Of a stretch of DNA of 64,000 bases, positions 49,136 to 57,899 are shown in pieces; within the stretch, counting starts at the first letter, position 1, and the number at the start of each line of letters is the position of its first letter. Under the pieces are notes generated by a model. It saw only the letters and a list, made by a program, of their open reading frames with translations. It ran no database searches and was not told the origin of the DNA. Both the position numbers and the translations under genes were made by a program. The DNA comes from Zootoca vivipara (lineage: Eukaryota), in the NCBI RefSeq assembly GCF_963506605.1, contig NC_083283.1:6758001-6822000 (forward strand), given 5' to 3'.

Positions 49136-50502
49136 TGGGTATGGTATACTTACAGCATCATTCTAATCCAAGGCCTGTAGGAATTAGCAAATTTCGAATA
49201 GGTGGACTTTAGTTTACACCAACATAGCTCAACCTGGCTTGGCTCCTGGTTCAACCAGAGGTCCACTGCAGTGTAAGATCTGACAAATCTTGCCATATAG
49301 GCTGTTAGCAATATGCAGGGTGGCCTGAAAACAGCTTGCTCCAGTGAGTGTTAGGGAGTCATTCATCCACAAACAGGGAGAAGATTCCAGAACAGTCGTA
49401 TATAAGTGGGAGAGTCACTCCGAGCATGCACAGCTTCAGCTGGAAGTGCCAATAAAAGGAGAACTAGATGACTGACCACTGCTGGTTCATGACCTGCCAA
49501 TAGACTGTGTCTGCCTCCATCATTGCTTAAAAGAAAGAAGGGCTGAAACTTAAGTATTCCATTACAGCTATTGCTATAATGATTGTAAATAATGATACCA
49601 TGACCAGTCAAGCAATAAATCACTTGTCTGAGTGTTACGGCATATGTGTTTCTTCTCAAAGTGTAGCTTCTATTGCTGACTACTGCTTCTCAGAAAATCT
49701 GCTAAATGGATGGAAGCGGCTAACAAGTTGCCTACCCACAAGTACACCCATGGAGTGACAATGTGATGGACTGTGACTTTTCAATAGTGAGTTAGTGTGT
49801 GCTGTTCAGAAAGGACTGGAGTCAGATGCAAAGTACAATGAAATTGAAAGATTTATTTAAATTGCAGCTGAGAAATGATTAAGATAAAACTCTGTGATAT
49901 AAGAATGAAAAGAATACATAAATGAAATGCAAGTGAGCAATGGAGAAATGAAAAAGAACAACAGAGAAACAAAAAAGAACAATATAAGATGCATATAATT
50001 ATTATTATTATTATTAATCCATTGTGTCTTCAATTAGTATACCACCCTATATCTTTAGATATCAGGGCTGTTCTCAGCCACTGCAGTCAGCGTGAGCAAG
50101 GGACTGTGGTCATGGATGTGGCTATGCCAATCCATCATGTCCCACTGCTGTCTAACTTGGAGTTGTGTTCTTTGTCCAGTCTACTTGTGTGCTTTCTTAA
50201 ATGCTGAGACGTCAATCAACATTATGGCATGGGGAGGTGGTGGGGAGAGAATCTTTAGCCCAACCCTTCTAAAAATATAGGGGTGAAGAAGGCTACGCTC
50301 AAGTAGACCTTCTGTCCAAAGCCCATCTCCACAGTCTTGCTCAATCCAAAGCAAATGTTACAATACAAAACTCCTAGTTTGAATTTCCTATGTTGGACAA
50401 TAGATAGAAAGGCATTAAAATAAGTCATTCACACCACAGACTACACTCTGTACATTATTGTGCTTATGATAATAAAGAATTGGTTAGTCCTGCCTTAAGG
50501 CA

Positions 50503-51427
50503 TTAAGTTGCTATCATAACCAAGTTTTCAGTTTTGGATGCCGATTCTTCCTCATCCTGGAAAATCCTCTGGAGTGCAACTTTCATGGAGACCGTGGACT
50601 GGCACTTCTTCTGCCTCCTCCCTACTAGGAAATAGATCACCGGGTTGACACTACTATTCAGAGAGGCACACACAAAGCCAACTTCCAATAGAATCATATT
50701 GTTCTCATTAAAATAGATGGCAGTGTAAATGGCATTTAGTGGGAAGGCAAAGATGAGGAAGAAAAGAAGGGTAAGCAAAATAGTGGTGAGCAGCTTCCCA
50801 CGCTGCTTCTGCACTGATTTGCAGCAGACTTTGAGGGTCAGTATCAGAGTGGAGGTGACCATCAGAGGAGTGCAAATGAGGGCATTTACAATAAGCTGGT
50901 ACACTAAGTTAGAGTTTGGAAAGCTCTGAGTCAGTAGGAGAGTAAGGTGAATGCCTGAGAGCAGGAAAGAGAGGGACCAAATCAGGGAACAGATAATGGT
51001 GGATAAACGTGGTGGTCGGTGGCATCGATGCCAAAGTGGGAAGAGGACAGCCACAGACCTGTCGATGCTGATGGCTGTCAGTAGAAACTGGCCCGCAGAA
51101 TACGTGAAGAAAAATAGTTCAAATAATACTTTTCTGATCAAAACAGCAACATGGGATTTCTCATAGAGAGTTACAATAGGCAAAATAATACTGAGGAGAG
51201 CTGCAAGGACACCAAAGTCAGCAATGGAGAGGTTCAGGATGTAGGTGGTGAAAGGATTCCTCTTAATGTGGAAGCCCAGAAGCCGGATGACCATTCCATT
51301 CCCCAGGAAGCCAAAGATGCAGATGATGATAAAGGCACTGTTGGCAATGCTTTGTGCTAACTTCAAAGAAACAGCTGAGCCATCATCTGAAACTCCAGAA
51401 TAGCGAGTTGGATTTTCATACTCTATC
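50503..51427 (-). CDS. MAS/MRGPR-like GPCR paralogue 3, main 7TM exon (predicted 361 aa long form)
   Basis: Near-identical 7TM; acceptor TCTCTTCCAG at 51428-51429, phase 2; N-terminal IEYENPTRYSGVSDDG. Confidence 0.9.
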
Positions 51428-51755
51428 CTGGAAGAGATTACAGAACATTATGTATAAACAGAGGAGGGCAACCAAGATGATCAAGAGTCAGGAAACCAAG
51501 CCTTATGAGGAGCAGTTGAAGGTATGTTTAGCCTGAAAAAGAGGAGACTGAGAGAAGATATGATAGCCATCTTCAAATATCTTAAGGGCTGTCACATGGA
51601 AATGAATAGGACTCAAACCAATAGCTTCAAGTTGAAGGAGATTCTGATGAAACATTCCAAAAAACTTTCTGACAGTTAGAGCCGTTCAACAGTGGAACAG
51701 ACTCCCTCATGAGATTATGGACTCCCAATCATTGGAGGCTTTTAAGCAGAGGTTG

Positions 51756-52041
51756 CTCCCTGGAAGGACAGATCGTGAAGTTGAAGCTGAGGCTCCAATA
51801 CTTTGGCCACCTCATGAGAAGAGAAGAATCCTTGGAAAAGACCCTGATGTTGGGAAAGATTGAGGGCACTAGGAGAAGGGGACGACAGAGGACAAGATGG
51901 TTGGACAGTGTTCTCGAAGCTACGAACATGAGTTTGACCAAACTACGGGAGGCAGTGCAAGACAGGAGTGCCTGGCGTGCTATGGTCCATGGGGTCACGA
52001 AGAGTCAGACACGACTAAACGACTAAACAACAACAACAACA
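51756..52041 (+). mobile_element. RTE-BovB LINE 3' end inserted in CR1
   Basis: LQYFGHLMRREESLEKTLMLGKIEGTRRRGRQRTRWLD; (CAA)n tail; 12-bp TSD AAGCAGAGGTTG. Confidence 0.93.
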
Positions 52042-52876
52042 AAGCAGAGGTTGGATGGCCATCTGTCATGGATGCTTTAGCTGAGATTCCTGCATTACCG
52101 GGGGTTGGACTAGATGACCCTTGGGGTCCTTCCAAGTTGATCTTATCACAAAATAAGGGAACTTTGAGTTTCAAAGCAAGGCAGTATCATACACCAACAT
52201 TATCAGTTAGGAAATGATTCTCATAACAGGGAAAACCTTTTTCCTAGAGGTTTTCCTGGAAAACTACAAATTCAAAGACATTTCCAAGTAAAGAGAAAGC
52301 ACCATTTTTTTTCTTTAATCCAAAATTGTTGAATTATGAATCTAAATGAATGATCAAGTTAATCCAATTTAATGTTGCAATGATGCTTTTCATAATTGCA
52401 GAACTAGTCATTGGGGGAGTGGGATTTGAATCTCCTTGCATTTTACTTAGACATTACCTAATTTAAACTTCCTGAACCAATATGCAAACAACAACATTTT
52501 CTTTGAAATTCATATTTACCCACATTTTTGGATGAAGTTCTCCAACTAAAGTGTTTACAAAAAAATGCATGTATTTTGGGAATATGCTTGTAAAAGTGTG
52601 TTCATTCTTCAGCACAAATGATACATTTTTTAAAAAGAATGTCACACTAACAGATTTTTACATATTACATGAAGTTATTTCTTTTTAATCCAAATTGTTG
52701 CAGAAATGTAGAGAATTCAAAACCTGAGAAATTGAGAGAACCCAAAATGGAAATCTCCACCTATCCCTATGGAGACTATAAAATGAAGTTATGGTCCTGT
52801 TTTAATCACATATGCTGTGTGTTGAAGTTAATGTATATAGTGCTGAACATGAAATTATTTTTTAAAATGCACTTAC

Positions 52877-52887
52877 CACAGTCGAGT
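52877..52887 (-). CDS. Predicted 11-nt microexon B4 (ACT CGA CTG TG; TRLW)
   Basis: Same flanks as the other B copies. Confidence 0.6.
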
Positions 52888-54297
52888 CTTCATTTTTTTT
52901 AAAGAGGATTTATGTAAGAGAAAATAAAATTACAATTAGAATCCAGTTACAGAGGCTACTTTTGGTTTCACAGATTAGTTGTTTATAGCAACTGAGCAAC
53001 TGAGCAACTGAGCAAAGAGGTCAAGGAAAAGAAAGAATGCAAAAATATGGAAGTTTAATTTTAATAAAGTACATTGCAATTTTACAAACCAAATATATGT
53101 ACTGAATCAAAGTATATAACATTGGAGAACATTTTATAATAGCGTGGTGCATGTATGTTGCATGAGATACTCTTACAGTGCATTCAATATGACCTTAACA
53201 GATTGTAGAACTGGGCCCAAACAAAATGAATTTCAATAGGGATCAGTTTCAGGTCTACACTTAGGCAGGAAAAAACCAGTTGCACATATATAAGATAAGG
53301 GAAACCTGTCTCACCACTAGTACATGAGAAAAGGATCTAGGGGTCTTAGTAGACCAAAAGCTTCACACGTCAGCCATGTGGTACAGCAGGAAAAAGCTAC
53401 TTCTTTCTAGGCTGCATCAACAGACATATAGTTCCTAATCAAGGGAAGTAATATTGTAGTTCTATTCTTTTCTGCCTTGGTCAAACCACACCTGGAATAC
53501 TGTGTCCAGTTCTGGGTGCCACAATTTAAGAATTATATTGAAAAGCTGGAGCCTGTTCAGGGTGTGTGTGTGACCAAGATAATCGGGGGTCGGGAAACCA
53601 AGCCTTATGAGGAATTGTTGAGGGAGTTGGGCATGTTTAGCCAGGGGCAGAGGAGAATCAGAGGAGATAGAGAGGAGAACAGAATTGTAGAACTGTAGAG
53701 TTGGATGAGACCCCAAGGGTCATCTAGTGCAGCACCCTTTAGATATTAAAGGGCTGTTACATGGAAGATGGAGCCAACTTGTTTTCTTCTGCCTCGGAGG
53801 ACAGGACCTGACCCAATGGATTCAAGTTGCAAGAAAGGAGATTCCAAATAACTATCAGGAACAACTTTCTGACAAGAAGAGCTGTTTAACCTTGACATTT
53901 TTAAAGCAGAGGTTGGATGAAAATCTACACTGCAGGTGGTAGGACCAGAAGACCCTCAGAGTCCCTTCCAACTCTACAATTCTATGATTCTATGTATCTA
54001 CAATATATATATTTCTTTACACATTATCCTTGAATACTTACCTGCTTACCCTTATTTGGTTTTAGGCTTTTAGAATGTTTGGGAGTGTCAGTGGCTGAAT
54101 TGGACAGTCAACCTCTCCATTTTCTCTTCTACAAGCTGCTATAAGTGTCAAGCCCTACCCTAACTCATGAAAACATGCAGAGAGAAATTGCCACGATATC
54201 AGAAATTAAGCACCTAAATCACCATCATATAAAAGCAAATGGGGAAGCAATTGAACAAGCAGATCTACAAAGAGAGTTTTTCTGCAAGAGTGCTTAC

Positions 54298-54418
54298 CGT
54301 GCTATCATTCATTATGGGAAAAAAGGCACTGTTGACAATGCTTTGTGGTAACTTCAAAGAAACAGTTGAGCCATCATCAGAATCTCCAGAATAGTGATTT
54401 TGATTGCCATACTCTAGC
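54298..54418 (-). CDS. Predicted 121-nt chimeric exon: LEYGNQNHYSGDSDDGSTVSLKLPQSIVNSAFFPIMNDST
   Basis: Acceptor TGTCTCCTCCAG (54419-54420), donor ACG|GTAAGC (54296-54297); 1+120 nt open, consistent with ORF-track 54265-54456. Confidence 0.6.
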
Positions 54419-54780
54419 CTGGAGGAGACAACAGGATATCTTTTCTGGATATACACTAACTATAGGATATCATCAAAAGTCAGGATTATCCAATTGCGAA
54501 AAGATAATGTGATTTTCTTCTTGTCTAGTTCAACACTTGTGTAGCTAAGGTACTACACAGTTTTCGCAAGTCTTCAAAATAAGCTGGTTGGTAGCTTTTA
54601 ATTTTATTATTTTTTTAAAAAAAATATTTTTAATGGTTTTCTTTTCACATAAGACATATTCAATGTCATCATTTAACATCCATTTTCTAGTTTCCCCTCC
54701 TCTTTGACTTCCCCCAACTTCCATTTCTGGTTTATTACTCCAAATGTTACATTCTGCTGTTTATACATAATGTTCTGTTA

Positions 54781-54989
54781 TCAAAACAAAATAAAAAAAA
54801 TTCTTTCCAATAGCACCTTAGAGACCAACTAAGTTTGTTGCTGGTATGAGCTTTCGTGTGCATGCACACTGCACACGATAGGTCATACCAACAATAAACT
54901 TTGTTGGTCTCTAAGGTGCTACTGGAAGGAATTATTTTTTATTTTGTTTTGACTACAGCAGACCAACACGGCTACCTGCCTGTAACTAG
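54781..54989. mobile_element. Penelope-like inverted terminal-repeat insertion (hammerhead cores deleted at the centre)
   Basis: Inverted arms meeting at GTGTGCATGCACAC-T-GCACAC; flanking duplication GTTCTGTTAT. Confidence 0.8.
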
Positions 54990-55408
54990 TTCTGTTATGA
55001 CTAATTGTATTTCCTGTTCTCTGTAAATAAAGTTGAAAATATTGATTTCATAGAATCATAGAGTTGGAAGAGACCACAATGGCCATCCTTTCTAACCCCC
55101 TGCCAAGCGGGAAACACCATCAAAGCATTCCTAACAGATGGCTGTCAGGAATTTAAATCCTGCCAATAGCTTTTCAATTTTTGAAACAACTAAACTGATA
55201 TCTTATCACAAAATAAGGGAAGTTTGAGTTTCAAAGCAAGGCAGTATCATATCCCAACATTATCAGTTAGGAAATGATTCTCATAACAGGGAAAACATTT
55301 TTCCTAGAGGTTTTCCTGGAAAACTAAAAATTATTCTTAGGTGTGTGTTGAAGTTAATGTATACAGTGCTAATACTGAACAAGAAATTATTGTTTAAAAT
55401 GCACTTAC

Positions 55409-55419
55409 CTCGTTATATA
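55409..55419 (-). CDS. Predicted 11-nt microexon B5 (TAT ATA ACG AG; YITR)
   Basis: Same flanks as the other B copies. Confidence 0.6.
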
Positions 55420-56329
55420 CTTCATTTTTTTGAAGAAGAAGAGGATTTATGTAAGAGAAAATAAAATCACAATTAGAATCCAGTTACAGAGGCTACTTTT
55501 GGTTTAACAGATTAGTTGCTTATAGCAACTGAGCAAAGAGGTCAAGGAAAAGAAAGAATGCAGAAATACGGTATTTTAATTTTAATAAAGTGCATTGCAA
55601 TTTTACAAACCAAATATACGTACTGAATCAAAGTAGATAACATTGGAGAACATTTTATAATAGCGTGGTGCATGTATGTTGCATGAGATACTCTTACAGT
55701 GCATTCAACATGACCGTAACAGATTGTAGAACTGGACCCAAACAAAATGAATTTCAATAGGGGGACCAGTTTCAGTATTCATCTTATATCTTATATCTTA
55801 TCATCTTATCTTATAATCGGGGGTCTGGAAACCAAGCCTTATGAGGAATTGTTGAGGGAGTTGGGCATGTTTAGCGTGGGACAGAGGAGACTCAGAGGAG
55901 ATAGAGAGGAGAACAGAATCGTAGAGCTGTAGAGTTGGATGAGACCCCAAGGGTCATCTAGTGCAGCACCTTTTAGATTTTAAGGGCTGTTACCTGGAAG
56001 ATGGAGCCAACTTGTTTTCTCCTGCCTTGGAGGACAGGACCTGACCCAATGGATTCAAGTTGCAAGACAGGAGATTCCAAATAAATATCAGGAAGAACTT
56101 TCTGACAAGAAGAGCTGTTTAACCTTGGCGTTTTTTAAGCAGAGGTTGTTTGGTAGTGGAAATAGCTGAAACATTAAACATCTTAAATTCAATCTCAAGC
56201 CTCATCCTAACTCATGAAAGCAAGCAGAGAGAAATTGCCACAGTATCAGCAAACAGACACCTAAATCATCATCATGTAAAAGCAAATGGGGAAGCAATTA
56301 AAAGGGAGCTTTGGTTTAAGAGTGCTTAC

Positions 56330-56347
56330 CTCGTAATAATCCATCAT
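56330..56347 (-). CDS. Predicted start-codon exon A6, coding part (MMDYYE), paralogue 3
   Basis: ATG ATG GAT TAT TAC GAG|GTAAGC; a diverged copy of exon A that still ends in phase 0. Confidence 0.55.
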
Positions 56348-56961
56348 GGGATAGTCCATAAAATGTACTGGTCCCCCAAGAAACCCAAGCTAGAGTTGTA
56401 GCTGGAACAGCCGCTAATGAGCTAGTCAGCAACAAAATTAAGCAGGAATCAAAAGAGGACACTGAAGCACCAGAAGAGTTTGAAATAGATCTGGATAACA
56501 AACGTCATAGGAAGTAGGCGTTAGAAAAGGAAGAAAAGAATTCAAACCTATGGAATTGGTTCAACATCTTTCCTTGATAAGACATTTGCTGCACATGCTT
56601 CATTATCAGCTTTCAACCACAGGAAATATCTCACCAATTACTATGCTCATTTCTGCTCACATAGTTGCTGTGATCAAATCTCTTCATTTTGCTGCAAAGG
56701 GCATTTGTTTTGTATCTGCATGCATTTTGGGTGTGCGTATCAGAGCACAGAATCAACAATATCTTTAAGATCCAATATCTGGATCTTTAAATTGGATAAT
56801 GACAGTATTATTTTTTGTGATGGTGGCAGCCCAGCCTTGTAATTTCCTGCCACTTGAAATGCTGCTGGTGTTTGACACTCAGCAGCCATAGATCTGATAT
56901 ACTTACAGCACAATTCCAATCAGAGGTCTGCTGGAATTAACAAGTTTGGAATAGGTGGACT

Positions 56962-57890
56962 CCAAACCTCCAGATAGTGGTTTCATGTAGATGTTAAACA
57001 AGATGGGGGATAGGCTTGAGCCCCGTGGAACCCCACATTGAAGGTTCTACGGGTCTGAAAAGCATTTCCCAAGCAACACCCTCCGGGAATGACCATCCAA
57101 GTAAGATTGGAACCACCCACCCCTAGTTCGGACAGCTACTTCAGAAAGATAACATGGTCGATGGTATCAAAAGCAACTGAGTGGTTGAGAAGAATTAACA
57201 GGGACATGTTTCCCTTGTCTCTCTCTCGACAGAGGTAATCAAACAGGGCAACCAAAGAAGTTTCTGTGCCAAAACCGGGCCTAAACCCTGATTGATATGG
57301 ATCCAGAAAATCAGTTTCTTCCAAAAGTGCCTGGATCTGGTCTGTGACCACTCATTCCAGAACGTTGCTCAGAAAAAGGGAGATTAGTAACTGGCTGGTA
57401 GTTAGTTCGGTTTTCCAAATCCAGGGAAGGTTTCTTAAGGAGTGGTTTTACCACTGCCTCATTCAAACAGACAGGGACCACCCCCTCTCGTAAAGAGGCA
57501 TTGATCACCTCCCTGGCCCAACCAGCTGTTCCCTCCCTGCTGGTTCTTATCAGTCAAGAGAGGCAGGGGTCTAGAGTGCAAGCGGTCGCCCTGACTAATC
57601 CGAACACCTTGTCCACATACTTGAGCCTTACCAACTGAAACTCATTCAACACAACATGCTCTGGACACCACATGAAATTCATCTGCTATAACAGCAGAGT
57701 CAAAATCTTGGTGGAGGCAAGGAATTTCATCTCCAAAATGCTTTGCAAACAAGTCACCCTCTTCCTTCCCAGTCAAGAAAACAAGGTCCAGAGTGTGGCC
57801 TGCCACCTGCGTTGCACCAGTGACATATTGGGATAGTCCCATGGTTGTCGTGGAGGCCATGAAGTCCTGAGCCGCCCCAGACCCGTTTTG
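56962..57890 (-). mobile_element. L2 LINE ORF2 internal fragments
   Basis: FLDPYQSGFRPGFGTET, AFDTIDH, AVVKPLLKKPSLD, NYQPVTNLPF, AGHTLDLVF. Confidence 0.85.
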
Positions 57891-57899
57891 AAGCAACAA

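Noticed and set aside
29440-51366. TTG starts given by the ORF track for the three paralogues
   Set aside because: Bacterial-style start calls. The frames stay open to conserved splice acceptors, so the start lies in an upstream exon.
5006-51427. Specific gene symbols (MAS1, MRGPRH, MRGPRD)
   Set aside because: Family membership is clear, but orthology within this lineage-specific expansion cannot be assigned without a phylogeny.
54845-54890. Hammerhead motif in the third Penelope insertion
   Set aside because: The CTGAAGA core is deleted from both arms.
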